From positions 16,492,001 through 16,556,000 of the forward strand of contig JBHGNT010000014.1 in assembly GCA_043228905.1 (NCBI GenBank): 64,000 nt of DNA, written 5' to 3'. Below are positions 27,833 through 39,300 of this stretch, in pieces. The translations under genes were made by a program, and so were the position numbers. Within the stretch, counting starts at the first letter, position 1, and each line of letters opens with the position of its first letter. Below the pieces are notes generated by a model that ran no database searches, was not told the origin of the DNA, and was given only the letters and a program-made list of their open reading frames with translations. The DNA is from Azolla caroliniana (lineage: Eukaryota; Plantae; Polypodiophyta).

Positions 27833-28478
27833 CATAAAAGGATTATATCCTGTCAATGTATGTTTGGAGCTATTATAAGCAAACTCCAATTTTGGGAGAT
27901 AACATTCCCATTTTGTTGGCTTTGTAGCAACATATGCTTGAAGCATGTCCTCAATAATTTGATTTATAGTTCATTTTGCCCGTCAATTAGATTGAGGATG
28001 ATTTGTGGAGCTCATGCTCAATGTAGTTTCTAACTTCTTATAAAGGTCCGTCCAAAAGCCGTTAGTAAACTTTGGATCTCGATCCCTCACAATATCCATC
28101 GGTAACCCATAAAAAGGAAATAATTCATCAATGAATTGGTAAGCCAATTCAGGAGTTGTTACCATGATTTTAGTAACAATAAATCTGCCCATTTTAGTTA
28201 GTCTATCAACTACAACCCATATGGCATCATGAGCTTTTTGGGTGCGAGGAAGGTTAACGATAAAATCCATGTATATACTTTCCGACTTATCGTTGGGAAT
28301 TTCTAAGGGATGTAAAAGTCGAACAGGTTTAAGTCGCTCGACTTTGTTAAGTTACATTGATGACATTTAGTCACATAGTTATGTATGTCAAGACGCATCT
28401 TAGGCCAATAGAATTGAGTGGAGATAAGAACGAGTGCGAGATGTATTCTAGGGTGCCCTGTTGAGGGTGCATCATGGC

Positions 28479-31362
28479 TGTAAAGAATCGGGTATGATTC
28501 TTGTGTAAAGGAAGAGATGTGTGTTATGTGTATGTGTGAGAGGAATTAGAGGAGAGATGAGAGAACACAAGATAGATAGAAAAAGGAATACTCAAGAAGA
28601 AGGTGTATATTTCACAAGTAGAATAAGATTTACAAAATGTAGCATAACAAGGAGTGACAACCAACTTAGTATGAAGTATGAGGAGGGTGCTTTATATAGA
28701 GTCACCCTCTCTCTTCATTAACTAACTACAACAACCACTCTCTCTCTTGGGGAATGTGAAGACTCATAGTCATGGGAAATATGTAACTCATTAGCTATGT
28801 GTCATAGAATATGATTCTATGACACATAGTTAATGTGTAGAGTGTAGTGGTGTGACTCTTGACCTTTGAGTAATCATAGATTCTCAAGAGGTGTGTGAAG
28901 ATTCGTGTTGATGTGTTGAAAGTCGACATCTCCGGCCTGTACGCGCTCTTGAATGAAGTGATAGCGCACTTCGATATGCTTTGTGTGTGTGGAACACCGG
29001 GTTCTGAGTCAGATATATACTGCTCATGTTGTCGTAGTAAATGGGAGTCAAAGGGGATGCCCAGATCCTTCAAAATCCTCTTGAGCCATACAACTTCACA
29101 TGCAGCTACGGCTGCGCCCCTGTATTCGGCCTCCATACTCGAAAGAGCTACGGTTGGTTGTTTCTTGCTACTCCACAAAATTGCTCCGCTGCCAAGGGAG
29201 AAGACAAAACCAGAGGTTGATTGTCGATCGGCTTTGTAGCCGGCCCAGTCGGCATCCGTGTACCTTCGAGTCGAGTTGATGTGGCCGATGCGTAAAGGAT
29301 GTCGTAATCCATTGTGCCACTCACGTATCGTAATACTCGTTTAACGCAATTGAAATGGATATCTCGCGGAGTTTGCATGAATTGGCTAAGGAGGCCGACC
29401 GGATAGTTGAGGTCGGGTCGCGTGATTGTGAGATAGATGAGGCTCCCGATAAGTTGTCGATATTGATTCGGCTCGCACTCGTTTGTGCCGGAGTCGGCAT
29501 CTAGTTTGAGGTTTCGATCGAGAGGGGTTGCCATAGATTTGCACTCTGTCATCCCGAACTTGTATAATAAGTTGAGAATGTAGTGCCGTTGAGAGATTAT
29601 AATGCCGACCAGAGTCCGAATTACCTCGATGCCTAGGAAGTAATGAAGCTCCTTCATGTCCGTCATCTCGAATTTGTTGGAGAGGAGGGACTTCACCTTG
29701 TTGACGTCGACTAAATGCTCACCTCCAATGACCAGATCATCCACATATAGGATGATGACAATCGAGCTTCTAGAGTCATTTTGTACGTAGAGGGAGTTGT
29801 CGGATTTTGACATTTGAAAGCCGATTTGATGAAGATATTGCGTAATCTTCGAATGCCAAGCACGCGTTGCTTGCTTGAGGCCGTAGAGTGGCTTCTTGAG
29901 TCGGTACACGACTTTCGGATGAATGCACGATTCGAAGCCGGGAGGTTGTACCATGTACACCTCCTCTTCTAATTCACCTTGGAGGAAAGTGTTCTTAACG
30001 TTCATCTGGTGGAGGTGCCACCCTTTCACCGCTGTGAGTGCAATTATGGTCTGCATAGTCGTCATCTTTGCCACCGGGGCAAATGTCTCTTCATAGTTGA
30101 CTCCATGTGACTGAGTGTATCCTTTCACTACGAGTCGAGCTTTGTAACGGTTTACGGAGCCATCGACATTATACTTCACCTTGTAGATCCATCTGTAGCC
30201 AATTGCCTTCTTGTGCGGTGAGTGGGGAACAAGATCCCATGTCTCATTCTTGGAGAGTGCTTGCATCTCCTCATTCATCGCTTCAACCCATCTAGGGTCC
30301 TTCGCGGCTTCGGAAAACATTTTCGACTTCGGTACTGTCGCCACCTTCATCATAAAGGTGTAATGGTACGCCATATAATTGCTGTAGCCAAATTGGGTGG
30401 ATCGACGAAGCTTCTCATTTGTGGATACTAAGGCTTTCTTTGCTCCATTTGTTGGGATATCAAGGCCTTCGAACTCACTATTGAGGGAGTGAGTCGATTC
30501 ATTGCCGTTGAAATGATTGTCTTCATACTCCGACATTTTCGCCTTGCCGTTGTCCAGCTTCGAACTCGGTCGAGATGTGCTTTGATCGTTCAGAGGCTCT
30601 TGTGGCCCACTAAGCCTTGTCGTAATTGGACTTTCTTCAAACATGTGCATAAGGTGATCTTCATTTTCTATCTCTTGTTCGGTAGATTCCGGGTCAAGCG
30701 AAATCAGAGTCGAAGTTGTCTCTGGTGCATACCAAGATGTGGACTCGTCGAAAACAACGTCTCGACTTACTCGAGATTTTCGAGTTGAGGGGTTATAACA
30801 CTTGTACCCCTTTTGCTCTAGTGAGTATCCTATGAGGATACATTTCTTCGACTTCGGGTCAAGCTTTTGTCACTTTTCGTCGGGGATGTGCACATACGCA
30901 ATCAAGCCGAATATCCGAACATGTGATAGATCTGGCTTCTTTTCGAAAAACTTCTCTTGCGGCATGAGTTCATGCACGCCGGATGTTGTACACCGATTCA
31001 TGAGATAGACGATCATGTTAGCTGCTTCCGCCCAATGCTATTTCAGCATGTGCTTTTCGTTAAACATAGCTCGTGCCACTTTGAGGATGTGCCGATTCTT
31101 GTGTTCGGCTACTCCGTTTTGTTGTGACGTATGTCGACACGAAAATTCTCGCCAAATCCCTTCATTTTGAAGATACGTCGTAAACTCATCCGAGAAATAT
31201 TCTTTGCCTCCATCCGATCGAAGGCACCATACGTGTCAACTAGTAGTTTTTTCGACTCCATTCGTGAATTTTTGGAAGTGTTCGAACACTTTGCTCTTTT
31301 GCCACATCGGGTAGATCCAAGTGTGCCTATAGAAGTCGTCGATAAAGGTCACCTAGTATCAA
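28479..31362 (-). mobile_element. Copia-A: degenerate Ty1/Copia, 3' half (INT-RT-RNaseH, 5'-truncated 3' LTR 28479-~28895)
   Basis: RT ORF 29148-30650 (WVEAMNEEM, YKARLVVKGY, LYVDDL); frameshifted RNase H (KQPTVALSSMEAEY); integrase remnants 30700-31350. Confidence 0.9.
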
Positions 31363-32005
31363 TGTTGAGAATCAAGCTCAACATAGCACAATGTGTGAAC
31401 ACACCTTTTGAGAATCTATGATTACTCAAAGGTCAAGAGTCACACCACTACTCTCTACACATTAACTATGTGTCATAGAATCATATTCTATGATACATAA
31501 CTAATGAGTTACATATTCCCCATGACTATGAGTCTTCACATTCCCCAAGAGAGAGAGTGGTTGTTGTAGTTAGTTAATGAAGAGAGAGGATGACTCTATA
31601 TAAAGCACCCTCCTCATACTTCGTACTAAGTTGGTTGTCACTCCTTGTTATGCTACATTTTGTAAATCTTATTCTACTTGTGAAATATACACCTTCTTCT
31701 TGAGTATTCCTTTTTCTATCTATCTTGTGTTCTCTCATCTCTCCTCTAATTCCTCTCACACATACACATAACACACATCTCTTCCACTACACAAGAATCA
31801 TACCCGATTCTTTACATGGTATCAGAGCGATTTGGTAGCTCAATCCAGCCCACTCACCTCATCGTGATCGTGTGTTGTGCTCTACGCCGACGTTCAAGAA
31901 GAACTGGCTCATCGCTATCGTAGTACCACTCATAGCTCGTGTTCGAGAGAGAAGGAAAAGAAGAAAGGAAGCTTAATCGACAATGAATACTCAAATGGGG
32001 AGCGA
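31363..32005 (+). mobile_element. Copia-A': 5' end of a same-family Copia inserted in opposite orientation (LTR 31363-31816, PBS, gag start)
   Basis: TGTTGAGAATC...TTTACA LTR, a near-identical reverse complement of 28479-28895; PBS TGGTATCAGAGC (tRNA-iMet) at 31817; gag start MNTQMGS cut off at 32006. Confidence 0.9.
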
Positions 32006-32086
32006 TGTCGTGAGAATCCGTCACTATGTGTGGATCGTGAGACGGAACCGTTGGGGTTATGAACTGGAAGGAATTAGTACACACAC

Positions 32087-32438
32087 TGTTGTTGGGCTAA
32101 GAATGGCCTCACCCCCCTCCCAAGGGGGTTACGTGAGAGAGAGAAAGAAGGAGAGTGAAAATAAGAAGTGACACAAAATGAGAGGGGAAAAATCTATATT
32201 CCATTATGCCCCATGGGTGGGGTTTATATACTACAAGGGGTAACCGTTACAAAGAAAGAAGGAGACAAGTAGGGAGTTACATTTCTTACCCACTTTCTCA
32301 CCTTTGTACACATACACACCAATATGCATGTGTTCATACACATACTAATCCTCATTCACTCATTCATATTACACATACACATCAACCATATTATCGTGTT
32401 CCACCCCTTATGCCTCCCGTATATCCTTATGGGTAACA
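32087..32438. mobile_element. Solo LTR inserted in the Gypsy-B 3' LTR
   Basis: TGTTG...TAACA ends; TSD CACAC/CACAC; absent from the partner LTR at ~55560. Confidence 0.9.
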
Positions 32439-35117
32439 CACACGCACAACACAAGCAAGATTCACATATAAGATAAGTAGATGAGAGGAAACATTCGTTT
32501 ATTGTAAAAGAAATCTATCCTTTATAAACTTAGAATCATGTTACAATGGATTGGATATGAAAATGAGAGATAAAACTTTTAAAGAAAGGAGCCAACATCC
32601 ATATAAGGAGTGGTCCAATATGAATATGAGAGATTATTGTTGAAAGGAAGGAGCCAACAACCATGTAAGGAGTGGTCCGATATCAATATGAGAGAGATTT
32701 CTTCCCCCAAGGATTGAGAGAGAGAAGAAGAAGAAGAAAAAAAAAGTAGAGGGAAAAAATGGAACTTATATCGAGCTCTTTGTTGATCCCCCTTCCCAAT
32801 GTTACTTTGCATGTCCACTTTTAGTTGCATGCTTCCATTTTTAGTTGCATTCCTTTTACTTTTAGTTGCATGTGACCGTTCGTATAATTCCGTCCGAAAC
32901 GTCCACGCGGCCATGCACGTGTACGCCCGAAACTTGCACACGCGCGTACGCCCGAAACGTGCACACCATATAGTGAACATTCTGTGCTCCACACATTGAT
33001 ATAATGAATAGGTTTTGGCTTTCTATATATATTGGGGAATCCAATGTTATCTTATCTATGTGGGATATCTTACAGTTTTGTTTTCCCCCCCTTTTCTCTT
33101 CAAACTTCTCACTCACATAACGTGATGCTTGTTTATCCATTTCATGCGTAGGAAAATACGTTATGAAGCTCTTGAAGACATCTATCTTTCCACATCAATA
33201 CATTAAGGTAATCTTAAATAATTATTTTACTAGTTTTCATATCGTGTGTGGAAAACCACACGACATTCACCCCCACCAAACCTGCACATCCACCGGTATG
33301 TGCCAATTGTGGTGAGGTTCCTCTTTTAATTACTCTTTTTCAACCTCGATGTTTGAGGCTACATCATCTAGAGCTTCGATTTCAAGATTTGGGGCCTCTC
33401 TTCTCTTAAAGATCTTGATCCTCTTTCCTGCGATTGGCAAGGCAAGTCGAGTTCCATCTAACTCCGCTAAAAAATAGGTTGCATTGTTTCCAATTTTCTT
33501 AACCATATACGGGCCAAACCATCGTTTTGCAAACTTTCGAGCAGTGCTATATTGATTATCGAGACTACTATCATAGACAAGAACCCAATCTCCTTCAATT
33601 TTTCTTTGTCGAAGATGATGCTTTTTATCAAAATCCTCCTTGTTCTTCAATCGAGCCTGGCACAACCATTCTATTGCCAACTCGACATCTTCAGGCCTCT
33701 ATTCTAATTGTTGAATCCTTATAGCTAGCAAATCTTCTCGACTTATTTCATCTTGCCATGGCAAAGATGTCCACGAAGCAATACTTTGCTCAATAGGCAT
33801 TATTGGTTTTTGCCCTAATATGAGTTCGGCCGACATATATCCTGTAGTCGTGCTATGTGTAGTTCTATCAACCCAGAATGCATAAGGTAGTAATTGTGGC
33901 CAATTCCCCATTTTGCCGTCGCAAGCCTTTGTTAGAGCTTTTACAATCGGACTATGTCATCGTTCCACCTTCCCATTTGCGTCTGAGTTGTATGCCATGG
34001 TGAGCAATGGTTTGACGCCTATTCTTGAAAAGAACTCTTTAGCTTCATTTGCATCTAACTCTCCCTTATCTGCTACTATTTTGCTGACACATCCGTATCG
34101 ACAAATGACATCTTCAAGGAGAAACTTACAAACCACCGAAGTTGTTTTATTCCTTAGTGCCCGTCCTTCTACTTGGTTGGTGAGATCCTCTCTTGCTAGC
34201 ACGAGATACTTCATTTGCCCCAATTCCATCGGCATAACAAATATGTCTACCAACCACTTATAATGCATTGATAATGGATATGTCGGATGAAGTTCATCCC
34301 TATGTTGAATATTTGAGTATAATTGGCATTGCTCACATGTTTCAACATAGCTTGCCACATCTTTGTAAACACCCGACCACCAATACTTCTCCTTGAGCTT
34401 TGTGAAAGTTGCCCATATGCCTCGATGACCTGCCCACACACTATCATGAAATTCAACAATTAGTGTTTGTTGATCTTGTTTCTTGCACACTACTCGAAGT
34501 GGAGTTCCATTCTTCATCTTTGGAAACTTTCATAGATGTTCTTCTTTGAGGAAGAACTTGTAGGCCTTCTTCCTAATTCGGTAGAAGTCTTCCTTTGACC
34601 ATGATTCATCCTTTGTAAGAGAGCTTAAGTACTTGCCAATTTCGATGAATTCTCCCTCATAATCTTCTACTTTAAACACTGCTAGCACCCGACCACAAGA
34701 AACCGTAAAGAAGTTTAGGCCAACATCCTCTTCGTTGGAGTGCAAATCTTCTTCACCCTCATACCTTGCCCTTGACAACATATCGGCCACCACATTATGC
34801 TTTCCATTTGTATGTCGAATCTCGGGGTTGAGGGACTTGATATAGGCAATCCATCGCAACATAGCAATATCCGGTGTAGCACAACCGGATATCATTCAGA
34901 GCATAGGTAGACAATTAGTTTTGATTATGACCTCTGTTCCGATAAGGTAGTCACGATCGGTTTTAACCGTAGATACTATTCCCCATAGCTCTCTCTTTAC
35001 TTGGTGTTAAGAATTAGGTAAGTAATTAAGCAAGGATTAATTAGTACCTAATTATGTGATTAGTTGATAAGTGGAAGATTAAGTGATATGTGTGTGTATG
35101 TGTGTATGTTTGAGAGA

Positions 35118-35151
<34 letters not shown>

Positions 35152-36311
35152 CAACACAAGATGGGGGATGAGTAAGTATATTAAAATAGCATTATCATCA
35201 TCAAAAACAAAAATACCCACAATGAGGTATATATACATCTCATGTGCAAAGGTGCACATGTGTGAGTAGAATATAGGTACTAATGTGTAAGTCCTATATT
35301 AAATGTACTTAGGAGTGGAGGATTTAGAATATCCCACTTAAGTACAAGGTCCTATTTTAAGGCGTTATAGTCAACACTTCTGACTAGATTCTATCTAGGT
35401 AACTATGAAATTACATTGTTGACTAACTAACTAAACTAAATTGAGCTTGATCTCTCAACATGCCCCCTCAAGCTCAAGTGTGAGGCGTCCGACATCCGCT
35501 TTGGCTTTTGTCGGCTTCTTGTGCTTCCGTCCGGCCTTCGGCTTTCTTCGCCTTGGCAATCTCGGTTCCTCCCCCTCAAGCCGGTGACGAAGGCTTGTAG
35601 TGTGTGGGCGAAGGTCAACTACTTCCACCCATCGTGGGTTACGAGCCGCTTTGGTGGAGCTCTTGGGCTCTTGTTCGGCCGCTACCTTCATCGCAAAGGC
35701 ATAATGATGGGCCATATACTCGTTGTAGCCGAGCCGAGTGACGAGATTCTTCTCTCTAGAAGAGCATCAAAGTTTTTCGCTCGCCGATGTGAGCACCTTC
35801 TTTACTCCGGGTGTACGCATGATGGGTACACCGAACTCACTGTCTAGTGAGGGAGCCTAAACATCCGAATCACTGTCGTCGGGGTGATCGACTTCGTATT
35901 CGGGCATCTTACCTTTGCCTTTGTCCAAGTTCATACTTGACCGCGGCGTGCTTGGGTCGCGTGGGGGCTCTTGTGGCCCACTAGGCTTTGCCATAATTGG
36001 ACTTTCTTCGAACATGTGTTTGAAGCGATCTCCATCTTCTACCTCTTGTTCGACGTATTCTGGGTCGAGCGGAGTCGGAGTCGAAGTTGCCTCTGGTGCG
36101 TACCACGATGCGGACTCGTCGAAGACTATGTCTCGACTTACCTGAACCGCTTGGGTAGAAGGGTTGTAGCACTTGTAGGCCTTCTTCTTGGACGAGTATC
36201 CTATGAGGATACATTCCTCCGACTTCGCGTCGGGCTTCTGTCGTTGTTTGTTTGGGATGCGTACATTCGCAATGCTTCCGAACACCTTGAGATGCGACAG
36301 GATCGGCTTCC

Positions 36312-39300
36312 TGTCGAATACATGTGTATAATGGACGTATTCACACTATCCCGTTTTGGCCATTTATGTAATTAGCATAAAGGGTAGTTGCCCTAAGTCG
36401 GTCACTATATATAGTGACCTTGTAACCTTTTTGTAAGGTTGGTTGTTGTATTATTTGCTTTATGAAATAAAGACTCTTTTGTGCCTCTCTCTCTCTCTCT
36501 CTCTCTGTGCAACGACCTACATTCTGTCATACGCAGGGAATAAACAGGAATCGAGTGCTTCTTGATCTTCCGCACTGACGACATTGCTTACAACATCTGG
36601 TATCAGAGCCTGCACAGTAGTCGGTTCTTCAATCCGCTGTCGGCCGTCGTCTCTGCATTCGGTTTCCTGCGTCATTCGAAGAAGAGAGAAGAAGAAGAAA
36701 AACCAGGTTTGCATCTCATCGCGTTAGATTATCTTGCTTGGAGTAAGCCAGCAGGTTGTACTCCGTTCCTTGTGATCGCAACCGCTCGAGGTGAAATCCC
36801 CTTGTGCAACATTGACACGATCGTGCTCCACTCGGTTAAACGGCATCCGAAAAGGTCATTGAACGCTGTTCGCCGCTCGTTGTAACCACTCGGTGCAGAT
36901 CGGTCTCAAGACAACAACCCCAAATTCGTGCTTCATCTGGCTGATCGACATTCGGGAGGATCAGTTGGATCCGTCTTTCTCGTTGCTGCAGTCAACCGAA
37001 GCAGAATCGGTCCAGATAATCGGGTTCAATAATCGGTATTCGGCATATATATCCGAAGCGAACCGGGCTCACTCCGACTCGGCGACATTCGGGAAGACCA
37101 GTCGGTTCTGTCCCTCAAGTTACCGGAATCAATTCGAGCAAGTTCAACAATACATATATCCGAAGCCGAACCGACTCGGGTTCAAATCCGACTAGAACGA
37201 TATCGGGTGAGCCAACCGGCTGCACTCCAACAAGGTTCTCAGTCAACTCCGAACCAAGCTTCGTCAACCAAAACCGAATTTGATGGCATCAACATCCGGC
37301 TCGTCAGAAATGAGTCTACGAAAGTTCGATGGATCGAACTTCAACTTCTGGAAGGAACAAATGCAGGACTATCTCATAGTCAAGGGACAAATCGATCCCA
37401 TCGAAAATGAAGAACCTCCAGAAGGATACAAACCAATGGAGTGGCAGAAGCTGGACAGAATCGTCCGCGCCACGACTCGGATGCACCTATCGGAATCGGT
37501 ATACTTTACGGTGCAATCGTGTACGACAGCATTCAAACTGTGGAAAACACTGTCGGACACTTACGAAAAGAAGGTCGCCGCAACGAAGATGTTTCTGATC
37601 CGGCGCCTCTACAACTTGCGGATGAAAGAATCCGATTCGGTCCAAGCACACCTCAATGAGTACGAAAGCATAAGCTCCCAAATCTCGTCACAGGGGACGG
37701 CAATCGAGGATGAACTCAGAGCAATGATACTCATGAGCAGCCTTCCCTCATCATGGGAAACTTTCGTCACAACCGTGTGCAACGCGTCAACCACGGCTGT
37801 TAAATACTCCGAAGTCATGAGCGCAATCCTGACCGAAGCAGCTCGGAGAAAGTCTTTCGCCAAAGACTCAACAGACGACGCTTATGTAGTACAAGGTTCG
37901 ACAGACCGATCGAACATACGAGGAAGAGATTCCTCACGACCGCCGAACAATCAGCGAAGACGGAGCCAGTCACGGGATAACCGAATCTGCAACTATTGCA
38001 AGAAACCCGGACACATCAAAGCCGACTGCCGCGCACTCAAGAACAAGAACAACAAGAAGAGTGGCCGGCATGAGGAGATCAATTACGTCAGCTCCTCAGC
38101 TGATGTACTACCGGACGACCCGAATATACTATCAATCGAAAATCCAGTCGGATCAGAAGTTCTGCTCACGACTGAAGAATCGAGCACATGGCTCTTGGAT
38201 TCGGGCGCGTCATTTCATGTGACTCCTCATCGGTCCCAATTTCGGCAATATACGATCCGTCACTCCGACTCAGTTCGGGTCGGCAACTCACAACACTGTG
38301 ACATCATCGGAATCGGCACAGTAGAGCTCAACCTTGCAGGTGGCTCTACACTTGTACTCCACAATGTCCGACATGTACCCGAGCTCTCAAGGCCATTGAT
38401 CTCAGTCGGACAACTAGATGAAGACGACATTCGTGCCGGTTTTTCTTCGGGAGGGTGGACACTCCACAGGGGGAACCTCCTGCTTGCTAGAGGACCCAAG
38501 ATACACTCCCTGTATCCGTTACATGTTACGCTCAGAGAGGGTAACCTGTTTTTGGTGGATATTCCTGTGTCATCACTATGGCACCGAAGATTAGGACACC
38601 TCAGCAAGGCCGGCATCACGCATCTATCTAGAGCCGGATACATCCCCAAACTCTCCTTCTCCGACCATCAATTCTGCGAGCATTGCCAGTATGGCAAACA
38701 AGTAGCCGCATCACACCCGACATCAGCACCAAGAGAAACGAGACCTCTTGATTTAGTCCATTCGGACGTCTGTGGCCCAATGCCGCATCAGTCTCTAGGT
38801 GGTGCCTCTTACTTCGTCAGTTTTATTGACGATTCGACTCGAAAGGTGTGGGCTTATCCAATTCGCACCAAAGATCGTGTCTTCTCGATCTTCACCGATT
38901 GGCTCGCTATGGTGGAAAATCAAGCCGACCGAAAGCTGAAATGCCTTCGGACAGACAATGGGGGAGAGTTCAAATCCGAAGAATTCGTCAAATTCTGCCG
39001 ACAACGCGGCATCCGACGTGAATTTACGGCACCACACAGTCCGGAGCAAAACGGGATTGCAGAACGAATGAATCGGACAATCCAAGAACGGATAGTTTCC
39101 ATGCTCCAACACTCCCGACTGTCGGATGGCTTCTGGGCAGAGGCTCTACTCACGGCAGTACACATAATCAATATGTCGCCAAGTAGACCTCTAGGACTTC
39201 AAATTCCTCAGGAACTATGGATCGGCAGTAAGCCGAATTACGACAAGCTGAGGACCTTCGGATGCGAGGCGTACGCCCTCATTCCGAAAGATGATCGCCG

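Larger units (their letters stand above)
25341..28478 (-). mobile_element. Gypsy-A: old degenerate chromovirus-type Ty3/Gypsy, 3' part (integrase, chromodomain remnant, PPT, 3' LTR ~25341-26031)
   Basis: MDFIVNLPRTQKAHDAIWVVVDRLTK...DRDPKF integrase (27983-28270); PFMLMYGFQP; KWMDKSIKDATWERE chromodomain (~26100-26160); PPT GAGGGGGGGGAG next to TGTTACGG at 26031. The left LTR boundary is approximate. Confidence 0.8.

Noticed and set aside
28479-31816. A single element with inverted LTRs (DIRS-like)
   Set aside because: The interior is ordinary Copia INT-RT-RH with no tyrosine recombinase, and the right LTR has its own PBS and gag pointing outward.
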